A stretch of 64,000 bases of DNA from Chrysomallon squamiferum (lineage: Eukaryota; Animalia; Mollusca): positions 13,888,001 to 13,952,000 of the forward strand of contig CM022665.1 in the NCBI GenBank assembly GCA_012295275.1. The letters run 5' to 3'. This document shows positions 1-12,900 of this stretch, piece after piece (within the stretch, counting starts at the first letter, position 1; every line of letters begins with the position of its first letter). The notes below the pieces were generated by a model that saw only the letters and a program-made list of their open reading frames with translations, was not told the origin of the DNA and made no database searches. The translations under genes were made by a program, and so were the position numbers.

Positions 1-784
1 TATATTTTTCTACAAAGTTATTTTCTAAGGAAATCAGCTTGGCATGGCAATTTCGAAAATTCTTTTAAGCTGGTACTTTGCAGAAAGTACCAGTTTTTAC
101 AATTTGCAGACAAATACCAGTTCGTTCAATGTGTGACGACAGAAGGCGCTAACCCGTTTTGCCATACTAATGGGCTGTTCGAGAACTATTATGTAATCCA
201 AATAATGTATTAATATTTCTAATAGCTTTATTATTTTGAAACATTGAAACCCACGCCAAAAATTGTATGTTCTTAAGTAACTGTATAAATAAAAATACCG
301 CATATCTTTATAAAGAAGTATCGCCACTCACTCTCCCCTTTTCTCGTATTTTATACGGCAAAATAACAGGCGACTCTCCGATATCAAAACAAACATCTAT
401 CATGTAATTCTTTGAGAGAAGATGAATGTAAAGAATACTTAAGATCTCCTTAAATTCGTTCGTTAATACCAGTTTATAGAACAATTAAACCAAAGGGATT
501 ATTATTATTATTATTCTCTAAGACAACTAAGCAAGCATTTGGGTAGTTCGGGGTCAGTACTGATACTTGGTGCGCGTGGTAATTCATAATCTTAGTAAAC
601 TTGGTTTGACTATATATTAATATTACTATCCATGCACATCAAACCTAAATCAATTAAGAATCCCTAATAAATCCTTGCACGTTGAAATAACTTATTGGTT
701 GTATTTACAAAAGTAAAGAAAATCAATTACTTGGTAGTGAGAATATGCTATAACGAATTTTAAGACGCAAAAATAATTTATGTA

Positions 785-1510
785 CAGTATTCCCTCGCTA
801 TTCGCGGGGGTTACGTTCTTTACCCCCCCCCCCGCGAATAGCGAAAAACCGCGAATATTGGATGCAGTTTTAAAACGTCTATTATGAGATTATATACGGT
901 ACTAAATGCTTCCCAAACACTTTCTAAAGACACTCTTACTCATTAATACAGTAATAATGTAGTAATATTGCATGCAGTTATGTATTTCACTAATGTAGTA
1001 ATGATAATGTAAACACATTTTAATTTTGTACTGAAACAATATTTTAATCAGAAAGAAACGTTAGTACAGGAGGACAGTAACACCGCAAAGCACAGTAACC
1101 CATACAGTATTACTGTACCGTAAAGTAATTTTCTATGCGTACAACATATGTATTAGAATTGCCAGAAAGTGGAACAAATTTAAAGGCAAACAGACAGATA
1201 AATACAGTACGCACAGTTCAGGTAATAATAATACAATTCAGTAATAATATGCAATTAAAAACATTATTAATACACGGTCACAAAAAATATGCACTGTACA
1301 TACAGTGTATGCATTTATAAAAAAATACGTACTGTATTGAATAATAATTGAAAAAAATTGATATTGTTTGTGCGGTTTACCGAGCATTTGTTTTTATGAT
1401 GTTATGACGCTCGCCTGGTATACCAGCATACGATGCGATAGGGTTAAGAGCCTAACCCGCGAATATGCGGGGCCGCGAATGGGGAACCGCGAACAGGTGA
1501 GGGTATACTG
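785..1510. mobile_element. Non-autonomous Tc1/mariner-superfamily (Tigger/pogo-like) element, MITE-type
   Basis: The left end CAGTATTCCCTCGCTATTCGCGG matches the reverse complement of the right end (CAGTATACCCTCACCTGTTCGCGG). TA flanks both ends (783-784, 1511-1512). Subterminal CCGCGAA motifs repeat at both ends. No transposase ORF. Confidence 0.85.
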
Positions 1511-1893
1511 TATAACTATTTCTTTAATGAGTAAACCTTGTTAAATCATATGACTTCGCTTGCATATGCTTATTACATTCCATATACCATGGCAATCGCA
1601 GAAAAAGAAAGAAAGAAAAAATCATCTCAATAGGGAATTATGAGAAAAACTATGTTTTAAATGAAGTAGACGAGGTGTTTGTTCACGTTCGTTGCAGTTA
1701 CATCAAATGCCTTTTTTAAAAAGTATAAATAATAATTATTTCGTTATAACTTCTCTTACGATAACCTTCTTATGAATAGGTTCATTTGTCCTTTGATATT
1801 AAATTTTGTTTCCACTTGTGAAGGACCACAAACTAAACTGGTAATCCTGTTTAATAAGTTTTCTCTCAAAATATAACCAATAATACTATTCAA

Positions 1894-1920
1894 AATAATA
1901 ATAATAATAATAATAATAAT
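1894..1920. repeat. (AAT)n microsatellite
   Basis: Direct reading of the sequence. Confidence 0.9.
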
Positions 1921-3373
1921 TTCTTATATTACATACATAAATACATACATGCATACGTGCGTACGTATTTACATATACACAGTTAAACATATAACCTGAA
2001 AATCTAAATTAAATACAGTGTAATATTAAAATAATTGATATCTGCAATGATTCAACAAACTTCAGTCATTTATCATATTTTTGGTCCTCATAAGTGAACT
2101 ATTTTAACATGCTTTTCAGTTTTACTAAAACAAATAGTCGAATATATGCTCCATTTTAGAATCATTTGTTCAAAGTAAATATATGATTATTTGTATTGTT
2201 CTTACCCATAATTTATCAGACTCTGTTATGTATAATTATGTTAAAAAAAAATTATAACAAAAACAAATTACGATAACAACACCAAAAAAATGACATTTTC
2301 AAGTAAAAAGTAGTACTGAAATCTCCCAAATACCATATTTGTGTTTGTCAGTGGTTTATTTATATATGTATGTTTAATTTGGCAAAATCTGGTGACAGTC
2401 TATGACAAAATTTATTTATCAATTTTCTTACTGTAATTTGCACATTTAATTGTCATTTTTCATGCTTTTCTGTTTCATTTTGTTTTCGGATTTTCAGTTA
2501 CGTCTTTATAAAAAAAAAAAATTCCTTAACAAAATAAACTGATATATAACCTCTTTCTGCTTTTAAAATGTAGTAAAATTAACGTAAGATTTTGAGGCTG
2601 GGAATTCGCTATTTCTGAAAAAGATTTGTTTAATAAACGTGGATAAAGAGTTAACGTTATTGACAAAATTATGAAATAAATTCGTAGTACTTTTTCTTCT
2701 AAATATTTGCGAATACTATAATACAAATTAAGCAACATATTTGTTAAAATGCATCCTTTGTTTACAAAACATTAAAACGGCAAATGTGTTTGACGTTGCC
2801 ACCTATGACGACATGTATTTGCGGATGACATCACAATCTAAGGATTTTCAAAATAACAGTTAACTGTTAAATACATTTGTTACCTCGTCTGTGATTTATA
2901 TGTATTAACGAAATATGATTTCATAATGTTAAAGGAATCGAAGTGTTTTAGTACATAAAGTATAACATTTCTTTTTAATTTTATTTATTTATTTTAAACT
3001 TACCTTTTTTTTTCGATTTGTTTTTTTTTTTTTTTTTTTTTTTAAATTCGCTTTCTTTCACCAACTGACACTAATTTATAAACAACAGTAAATGGTGGTG
3101 CTGTTATCCGCAGAAGGTCGTGTCGCGTGTGAGACAGAGTGATGGGTTCTTTAGGTAAGAAAATAAAATCCTAATTCCTGATTTTACCCAATACACTTAT
3201 TTGGCAAAGAGGATCTATAAAAACCTATGTAGAGAGAATAAAGATAAAACGTATTCAGAGCTGAAAGAGATGTATTTTCGTAAAGATATTGGTGCATTAT
3301 GTACAAGCTGACAATATTTTAATATTATAGAAATGAATAATATATTAATGCCCAGATAAAAAACACCACAAAT

Positions 3374-3377
<4 letters not shown>

Positions 3378-3411
<34 letters not shown>
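3378..3411. repeat. (AC)n microsatellite
   Basis: Direct reading; it explains the VCVCVC spurious ORF at 3215-3409. Confidence 0.9.
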
Positions 3412-3421
<10 letters not shown>

Positions 3422-3427
3422 TTACAC

Positions 3428-3534
3428 ATCATGAAATGTCTCACTTGTACATAGTTGTGTAAATACATACATATATATCATATATATATACATATGTATT
3501 TACACAACTATGTACAAATGAGGCATTTCATGAT
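3428..3534. repeat. Near-perfect inverted repeat (fold-back) with ~42-bp arms and a (TA)-rich spacer
   Basis: ATCATGAAATGTCTCACTTGTACATAGTTGTGTAAATACATA (3428-3469) matches the reverse complement of 3493-3534 with two mismatches. Confidence 0.85.
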
Positions 3535-4028
3535 ATACAAATAATATAATATGAAATATTAAATGTTCTTTTCATTTTAAATATTTTACAATAAAATTAA
3601 AATAGTTTTTGTTGTATATCTTTTGCCATAAACGATAGTGATGACTAAGAATAAATCGGCCAATCGCAGGTACGAAATTGTTAAGACAGTTATCACTTGC
3701 ATGCTAACGGAACATTTTGTTCAAAAATTATATTTGTACGTTTAAATATAATCACTAAAAACATATGTGCATCAGATGATATGTGTTATCGTAACAAGTA
3801 GAGTGTTTGTGTAAACCAGTCACAGTAAGATCACGAATCACGCAAGACATCAATCTGTTCATGGCTGATTCAAGAGTATGAGCACTTGGGTAAAAACTTT
3901 AGGAATTTGTTTACTGAATGCGTATGTGTGTCCTATCGCTCTGTACAGATCTTTTATCAAACTTTTGTTACAGGTTATAAAAACTTCTTCTGAAATAAGA
4001 TATCTGTGCCTATTGTTAAACGAATGAA

Positions 4029-4994
4029 ATGGATATACCAGCTACTAAAAAAAGATCTCAGCCAAAATATCTGGTAAAATCGTTATTGGCAAACCACATG
4101 GAAGACCGGATGCTAGAAAGAAAACTTGCTGATCTTGACTGGATATCGAATCGTCGTATAAATGAACTTAATTCACTAACAAACGGGATGAAATTGGAAA
4201 TTAAACAAAATCAAAGGCATTTGGCGAATAAAAAAAGAAAAAATATCACAACAATATCAAAAGAAATTTCAGACCTCGTACAACAAAGTTCCCGCAGTAT
4301 GGACGTGGATTTAATGACCAAGCTTTTATTATCGGAATACAATCGGCTTTCAGAGCAAACGGCAAACAATGTGTTCAGCACCACTGCCAAAGAATATCCA
4401 GCACATCACAGAATAATACAAGAGGAACCCTTTTCTTTCCACCAAGCGACAGGCTCAGCGGTCCCTGATCTTTCGAAAATCATAGAACTGATAGGTGCAG
4501 TTAAAAGTCTATACGCAAATATAGCCCTGGTAAATAAAACGGATGATCAAAAAGTGAAACCTGATACGAAAAACATCTTTGAAATTAAAGAACAGCCTAG
4601 TAATGATAGTATCCTTTATACAGATGGCTTATGCACCCTGCTTAGGAGGAAAATCAGTAAAATGAAACGACGAGAAAGTATTAGCGTTGTGGAGGAGCAA
4701 AAAGATCCATTACAGATCATGCTTTCGCGCAGACGGGCCTTCTCACTGTCGCTGCCCGTGGCGGATTCTAAGACAAAAGGTTCGACTAACAGTCGAAGTA
4801 ACTTGCCATATCTTATAAGGCAAAGAAATATATTTCGGAAGACGTATGGAAAATGTGATAACTGTGAATTATGCCCAGCATCGAATCAAAAGGACATGTA
4901 TGCTCAAACTAAACTCTGTATAGAATATAAACGCTACCAGAACATCAAGAAAAAAATAGATTTGTTTCTTGCTGAAGTATCCCCCAAAACATAA
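4029..4994 (+). CDS. Uncharacterised 321-aa basic protein, single coding exon, possible N-terminal coiled coil
   Basis: A 966-nt open frame in very AT-rich DNA, with natural amino-acid composition. It is preceded by an acceptor (TTTTGTTACAG ending 3973) and a plausible 5' UTR exon with donor TTAG|GTAAGA at 3154/3155. No family recognised. Confidence 0.75.
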   Translation: MDIPATKKRSQPKYLVKSLLANHMEDRMLERKLADLDWISNRRINELNSLTNGMKLEIKQNQRHLANKKRKNITTISKEISDLVQQSSRSMDVDLMTKLLLSEYNRLSEQTANNVFSTTAKEYPAHHRIIQEEPFSFHQATGSAVPDLSKIIELIGAVKSLYANIALVNKTDDQKVKPDTKNIFEIKEQPSNDSILYTDGLCTLLRRKISKMKRRESISVVEEQKDPLQIMLSRRRAFSLSLPVADSKTKGSTNSRSNLPYLIRQRNIFRKTYGKCDNCELCPASNQKDMYAQTKLCIEYKRYQNIKKKIDLFLAEVSPKT

Positions 4995-6000
4995 TTTCAA
5001 AAATATAATGCTTTAAAACAATTATTATGAAAATCATATAAATGTGTGTTTTTTCTTTCATTCTTTCTTTGTTTCTTTTTTTAGATGCATTTTCATCTTC
5101 AACGCAATTTGAACAGATAAAAATAAAACATTTCATTTAAGAAGTTTTCAAGTCTGTTATATCTTCTTAATTCAACTAATAGTTTAAAGCTCTAAATCTT
5201 GATAAAATTTTCATTTGTGTATATTTCTGGAGATATGTCTTTTTATATACGTGTGTGTGCATGTACACACACACACAGTTTTAATTTATTTTCGTTTATA
5301 TTTGATTATTCAGTAATCGTGAAACCCATTTCAATAGTCATTTCATCCAGTGCTTATTTATCTTCTGTCATGTATGCTTTTATCCGTAATGTTATATTGT
5401 GATAAAAATAACTGTAAAAAAGGTCCCACAACATTTATTTTGTTCAGTTGTCAACGAAGCACGAAAAATCTTCATTTTTGGAATTAATATAGCCCAACGT
5501 TTTCAGATAATATAAATATTATCTGCTTTTAATATTAAATGATTCTATATATCAACTGTAAAATATTATTATATACAAACACTACATTTCTTATGTACAG
5601 GTAGGGCAGGTAGGCATGCTCATACCTGAGTCGTATTCCCAGCCATTCGAAAAACCAAAATGGCTGCCGCATCATCTTAAAACAATGGATATGGTCACCG
5701 AATCCATTAGATGGATGTCTGGAGATACGGTTCACATCGTTGTTACTACCTTTGAGCTCGTAGTTTTATCTATATATTAATATTTTCCAAATTTGCGGAG
5801 CATCTGTCATAAAATATATAGAAACATAATCTATTTGGCGATTTTTAAATCAGAGTTAATTAGATACTGCAACGCCATTTTTTTCAGTCCTGAAGGAGTA
5901 TTCAAGGATCTGTTACTGTAAATCAAAACAGACACTATAAATGTAACCTGTCGTTATAAGACACCTAAACAACATCTCTAATTTTAATAAACATTCAAAA

Positions 6001-6001
<1 letters not shown>

Positions 6002-6048
<47 letters not shown>

Positions 6049-6252
6049 TAACTCGTCTTAATAAATTCACCTTTCCGCCCAAAAAGGAAAATAATAAATA
6101 GACAGAAATTAATTCATAAATAATAAGTAAACTAAGACAACAACAACATCAACAGCAATAATAATAATAATAATAATTAAACGATATATATAAATTTTAC
6201 AATTTTTTATCCTGAATTCAAATTTTTTAATTATTGCTATTATTGCTATTGA

Positions 6253-6297
<45 letters not shown>
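6002..6297. repeat. Cluster of (ATT)n/(AAT)n microsatellites
   Basis: Runs at about 6002-6048, 6157-6176 and 6254-6297; they explain the poly-Ile ORF at 6109-6381. Confidence 0.85.
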
Positions 6298-7092
6298 CGT
6301 TGTTGTTATTATTGTTAAAGAGTGCATCCCACTGCTCCAGTTATGTAGAATTAAATCTGAAGGCATTTTGACTGGAAGCAATTTGCAGTGTAGAGAGCAG
6401 AAATATTTGCTCCCACTGAGTTATACCCAGTTTAGAGGCCTGCCTTGTGATGAATTACAAAAGAAAAACAAGATTCGTCTATTGTATATTGCATTTATTA
6501 AGAGTAATGTGAGACGTAAACGTTTTTAATTGTTACATACAGCTGTTATAAAAATTAAAACTAACCATGTTGTAATCGTCACACTGCAAAAATTAAAGAT
6601 AAAGTTATTAAAATATTGTAATAGATACTGTTTATTTTAAAAGGTTAATGTATAACAAAATTTGTAAATAAGAAGAACAAGTAGATATTTGGCGGATAAA
6701 CTATCAAGAAAGCGACTAGGGTGGAATACTTCGGTTCCACCATTTCCGGTCAGAATTCAATATACAACATTTTTATATCCGGTGTTATCATGAGTTGGTC
6801 TGCATTTTCTAATGAGAATGGATTTTATTAAAATGAATTTGAAGAATAATGATTAATATCTAGTTTTTATTAGAGTCTGAAATAACAGTCAAATATATAG
6901 AATAATGCGCATTTAACTGCTTATGGCCGCGGGCCTTCGGTTGTTTGGAAACAACTAATAGTAACAGTAATACTCAAAGAAATTGCCAATAAAAAATATT
7001 CCAATTTAATGAATCCTAGAAGTTTGAAACTATAATTTACTATTATAAATTTGAATGAATGACTCCTGAAATATCACTTTGTTGAGGTCAAC

Positions 7093-9987
7093 ATGGATGG
7101 CAGTGGATTTACGCCTTTTGCCACTGGGCTGACACCTCAGTCCCAACAGGTAGCTTAAAAAAAAAAAAAAAAAAAAAAAAAAATTATAATATAAATATTA
7201 ATTTAAAAAAAAAGAAGCTTTGTTAAGTATCACACAGAAAATTTTCTTTATCATGATATTGTCTTACAGTGACTAATGCAGAGAATAGTAATGGAAAAAG
7301 AAAGATTGAACCAAATACTGAAATAAATTATTGCTAAACTGACAGTGAAATTCTTCATATTTTTCTACATAAATTCTGTTTATGAAAGAACAACATAATG
7401 AAGTGAAAAAAATATACTTGTTTCTTAATTTATTGCTGTATTTTATTCAAAGAAAAAACTGATTGCTAGGAAGAAAACCGATGAAAGATGTATTTAATTT
7501 CATATGTTGAATTATTATCTCTACAGAGTCCTCTGCTTTCTCCAGCTTTAAGTAGTTTTGGTCTTGGTGCAACACCAAATCCTGTCCTGCCACCTTCCAA
7601 TGCCAGTCTTTATCCACCAACTCCTGGGGGTCCAATGACCCCTATTTCTCCTGCTACACCAGCTTCAGAAGGTTCTGGAATACGACCACAGTTACAGTAA
7701 GCTAAAACATTTTAATGTTTTATATAGAAAAGAAAGATATATATAAAAAAAAAAAAGATTTTCCAAAACAAAAGTCCTTAAATTAATATGAAGATTTAAA
7801 AAAAAAAAAAGCTATTTAAAGTTCAACAATGATTGGTTTTCTGAAATTTAACAATCAGTGTTTGACAACATTCAATTATACTTAGTAATATTAAGAAAAA
7901 GGAAAGTAAATTAAGATGTATTTTATGAAATGTTAAATATCAGTAATGTTGAACTTTCATTTTAAACTATACACTTTTGCTTCATTTAACATAGTATTTT
8001 TAATGCAGCTTGTTATAAGATCTATAAAGTAAATCTTGCTTCTCAAAATCAGTTTATTTTAAGCCATTAATTACTCAACAAACAACATGTATACATTGTT
8101 ATTTTGTATTTGACAAATATCATTATTCTGCATAATAAATAAATAAATGATATTTTTACTGCTTTGTATAAATTAATGCATTTGTTTTTAGAAACATTGT
8201 CTGCACTGTAAATCTGGGTTGTAAGTTAGATCTGAAGAAGATTGCTCTGCATGCAAGAAATGCAGAATACAATCCTAAGAGATTTGCAGCTGTGATCATG
8301 AGAATACGAGAACCTAGAACCACAGCACTTATATTCAGCTCCGGTAAAATGGTTTGCACAGGAGCAAAGAGGTAAATAATGTTTTCAATAAAAAACGGTA
8401 TCTGTTTCACAACATGGAGTAGAATTATAAACAGTCTTTTTACATCCAAACTTTCAAGAAACAAAAGTTTTTATTGTTTGTGTGTTTGAAATTTGTACTC
8501 ACTGTGTTATGTTGTCTCTGAATTATCTGTTTTAATGATAACAGAAACAGAAAGTCCTTTTTTAATGTTTTTACATCAATGGCCACATATGTGACTGCAT
8601 GCATATAGATATATAATTTAAAAAAGTGATATATTGTCTTCATTTGCTTGTTCTCCAGTCACACATTGTTTTAGACAGAAAATTTGGAAATGCTAAGATA
8701 ATTTATGAATGTTGAATATGAATGATGCTCTATATTTACAGTGAAGACCTTGCTAAACTTGCTGCAAGAAAATATGCAAGAATTGTACAGAAGTTAGATT
8801 TTCCTGTAAGTACAAACTATGGAGGATGTTTGACTTTAAACAAAAAATGCAGTAGCAAGTTAGGGATAACTGAGATGAATACTGAAATGCTTGCTATTTT
8901 AAATTTACTACTTGTGGAGAATTATCTTTAATTTATCTATTAAAAAATTAATTTACAAAATTCCACTTAAAATCATCAAAATTCCTAAATATTTTGAAGC
9001 TGATTTTACAATATCCGATTTATAATTATAGAATTTTTACTTTTTATGCTATTATATCACTTTGAAATAACGGTTTTAAAATTCTAATTTTAGGCTAAGT
9101 TTTTAGATTTCAAAATCCAAAATATGGTAGGAAGCTGTGATGTGAAGTTCCCAATACGACTTGAAGGTTTAGTGCTCACCCATAGTCAGTTTTCAAGGTA
9201 AAATATCATTTGTTTCAGTTCTTTCAGTATTTGATAATGTATCTCAGTGGAATAAATTAAGCAGCCTATATTAATTTTGTTATTATGTAATGGGATTATT
9301 AGTGTTTGTTTGCTCAGTTTCTCTTTTATAGATAGATAGATAGAGAGACAGAGAGACAGACAGACACACACACACACACATAAAAGAGAAACTAGGCAGC
9401 CTAAGAATAATAATCAATATATACATTTTATCACATTTTTGTGCTTCAAGTTCCTGGGGTTTTTTTGTTTTCTTTCTTAAGCAAAAACAAACCATTTCTG
9501 GCAGTTATTATTTCAGCTGAGTATCATCATAAATAACATGATTTTGATCCTCTTTGTTTTCTTCATTTATCACTTGAGAGATAAGTTTGAAAAATAGTAA
9601 TTATTTTTCAGCTCTTTTGGAGAAATGTCCATAAATGATTAGTCAAATTAGTAGTTTTTTGTTATTTTTCAGTTATGAACCTGAACTGTTTCCCGGTCTT
9701 ATTTATAGAATGGTCAAGCCTAGAATTGTGCTTCTGATCTTTGTCTCAGGAAAAGTTGTGCTGACAGGTTAGTGATGCTATACGAAAGAAATTACTTTTA
9801 TTTGAAGTAAACGTAGTTAAAATTTGATTCACACTAAATGGACTTAAATTCGCACACCAGTGACTAAAATAATTTTGTTATAATTAGTTAATATATATTT
9901 TTTTCTATTGCAGGTGCAAAAGTAAGAGAAGAAATCTATGAAGCATTTGAAAACATTTATCCCATATTGAAAGGATTCAGAAAATGA
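7093..9987 (+). CDS. TBP: TATA-box-binding protein, 7 coding exons, 247 aa
   Basis: Exons 7093-7149, 7527-7696, 8192-8371, 8742-8805, 9094-9197, 9673-9767 and 9914-9987 are all GT-AG and sum to 744 nt. They translate to the TBP core ([38 protein letters not shown]...[34 protein letters not shown]...YPILKGFRK), preceded by a [17 protein letters not shown] motif. An in-frame TGA at 7060-7062 lies upstream of the ATG. Confidence 0.97.
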
Positions 9988-12900
9988 AGAGGCATAATTG
10001 TGGTTCCAATTATTTTGTAAACCACCAGACTTTAATTGACATACATGTATATTATCAAGGATATCATACTCATGTATCACAGAACAAAATGTTTGGATGT
10101 TATCTCATTTCTTGTGAATTAACATCCTTAGTCAAAGATGATTTATATTAAATTTCATAAAGTAGGTCTTTGTAAATGCCAGTACAGGGGAAATGGCAGT
10201 GCTTATTTAAAAAGTATTGTGAAGGAAGAAAGTTTTTTTTTTTTTAAATTAAATCCATCAAAAGAAAGTGCCATTAATACAAGCTTGATCCCAGATTAAG
10301 TGCTTAAAAATCTTTCAAATATAAACTTCATCTTTACATTGGGAAAATAGAAAACAGACGAAACAGGACTTAATTGAGTATTGAGAGCATCTTATAAAAA
10401 AGCATAAACCTGCTACTATGTTCAGAGGCCAAAGTGCTTGAAAATACTTCCATATCACCATATGATATGTACTTCAGGTAGTGAAATAGAAAATAATGGG
10501 ACAAAACAGAATTTCATTTACTCTATGGCCTTAGATAGTTGCATCACAGAAGAATATAATGACAAATTAAGGATCAGGATGCAAGGAATAAATGTCAATA
10601 AATTGCTTGAAAGCAAATGAAAAAAATGTTTGTATCGAAGGTTAACATTTTAAAGGATCGTGCTTTTTATTTTTAGAAAGGAAACCACTGTTTAATCAAA
10701 GGTTTGACTTTCCATCCAAAATAGTTGGAACATCTGATTTGTTGAAGTACAATCAGAATTTAAAAAAAAAAAAAAGTTTAAAATTACATATGTTTTTTTA
10801 TTTTATTTTTGGATTATTTGTAAATAAATTGACTTGGAAAATTATGAACAGATTTTGACAAAAAAACAACATCAGTCAAATTACTTGGAAAATTATTATG
10901 TATACATTGAGAGTGAAATTTTTCAAATGTACTCAGGTTTTGATCAGTATCACAGTTAAGAGTAAATTATAAAAATAACAATTTTCATGAATATGTTAAT
11001 AAGATTCAAATATAATCTGAATCTGCTTTTTTTATGTATAATACATAAAATATTTTTGTACATAATTTTAATGTTATAAATCATGATGGACAAAAACAAA
11101 ATGTTTTGTTATCCCTTTAATCTGCTTTACACAGCTCTAGCCTGTTTCTAGCCATAGCACATGCTTCTTTACAGGAAAAATGCATCTAAAAATTCCTTTG
11201 CTGGGAATTGTAAGCTAACATGTAATTACTAATGGTTCTGCCTAAAACAAGTCAAGTTTCTGAATAGTGACACTGAAATATTTTTCTAATTGCAACATTT
11301 TTAATTCGTTATTGATGTTTGAAACTAACCTTTTGATTGAAAAAGAATTTTTTTTTTTTAAATTTTGGTTTGGTTTAAATCCAGGCAGCAGAAATGAAGG
11401 ATAATGAAGATGGGAAAACAAGAATTTTCAATAATTTACATAAATTTTTATTTGTATTATAATTGATCACTTTCAGATCAAGCCACTGTTAAAACAGAAA
11501 TTACAGTTTATGCTTCATAATTATATAAAATTATCAATACCAGATATAAACTAGCAAAATATTTTCAAAAATGGTTCCAGTGAAAGCCAATAGATATAAG
11601 GTGGTAGAAGCAATGAGTCATTCTCAGAAAGTTAAATGAAATGGAGAAAAACTGAAGTGGAGGAAATATTTTATAAGCAGTAAAGTCTAATTTTAATTGA
11701 TTAATTAATTTTATTATTATTATTATTGTCATTTTAAAGACAATATTTTCAGTGAACATAATTATATATTGTAAATGTTGTGACAAAACAAGTTTGAATA
11801 TTAATGTATATAGGATGATGAATGTACAGAGTGTGTGTGTGTGTGTCTGTGTGTGAACAAAAATGATTCTTCAGTTCACAAAATTTCAGATTGTTTAAAA
11901 TAAATTTAAACCAAAAATATACCGATGTTCAGTTAATGCAATATACAGAACAAATGTATGGAAGTTAATAATACAGAGCAGTTCATTTGTTTCCACCTAC
12001 TAAGCTATAATGTTGGTGCCCTACAAACCAAAATACCTTTCTGTATAGTAAATACTATAATGCATTATTAAATGAATCATGCAAAATACAGTGATTTGTG
12101 AAAATACTATTTTAATTGAAGTAAGTCACAAAATCAGCCTAGGATGTTTAGAAAAATAGATCTTTCCAAGTGCCAGTAATAAATCTTTGTGTACTAGTAC
12201 TACTGTTCCATTAGATTTAACAATCTGCACTATCTAAAGAATGTTCTGTGCATTCCTATATAAAACACATGGCATGGTGGTGCCTGCACATTTTACTGAT
12301 CTTGTGCTGTCTTTTGATGTGGACTTAGTACATACCTTCAGTGTGTAACCAAAAACTATGGGCATAGCTCTAAGTATCACTTTGCTCTAGGTGTTGAAAG
12401 CATCTAGACTAGTATCATACAGAATTTCAAACTGATCACTAGCATTAAATTTAATATTTTAAAATAATGATTTTATATATATATATTTTTTAAATTTATT
12501 TTTGTCTATGTGTTTTAGTTATATTACATATATCCATGTTTGTATTCAGTTTCAGTGGTCAGTATACATTAGGTAAGACTATTATATTTGCTATTTATAA
12601 CCAAATGATTTAGTCCATTGAAGTATAATCATTTTCATATTTATTAATTGGTTTAAAATATTTTATCTCTTACACATTTATGTTCCATTATATGATAATA
12701 TTTCATCAAGCCATTCATATTTTTTATTACATTGAACCTTGGTCTTGATGAGTTTAGATGATGAATTCAAGTAGAACTGGTCTGTACTTTTCTTTTTTAA
12801 TTACATATACTACAGCAAACTGAATAAAATTGGCATCCTCTCCGTTTGAATTATAGAAAATTAAGCCATTCCCATATGCAATGTCAGCAAGTGTACACAA

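Noticed and set aside
12755-12825. Possible C/D snoRNA (ATGATGA ... CTGA)
   Set aside because: No convincing terminal stem, no recognisable rRNA guide and no evident host intron.
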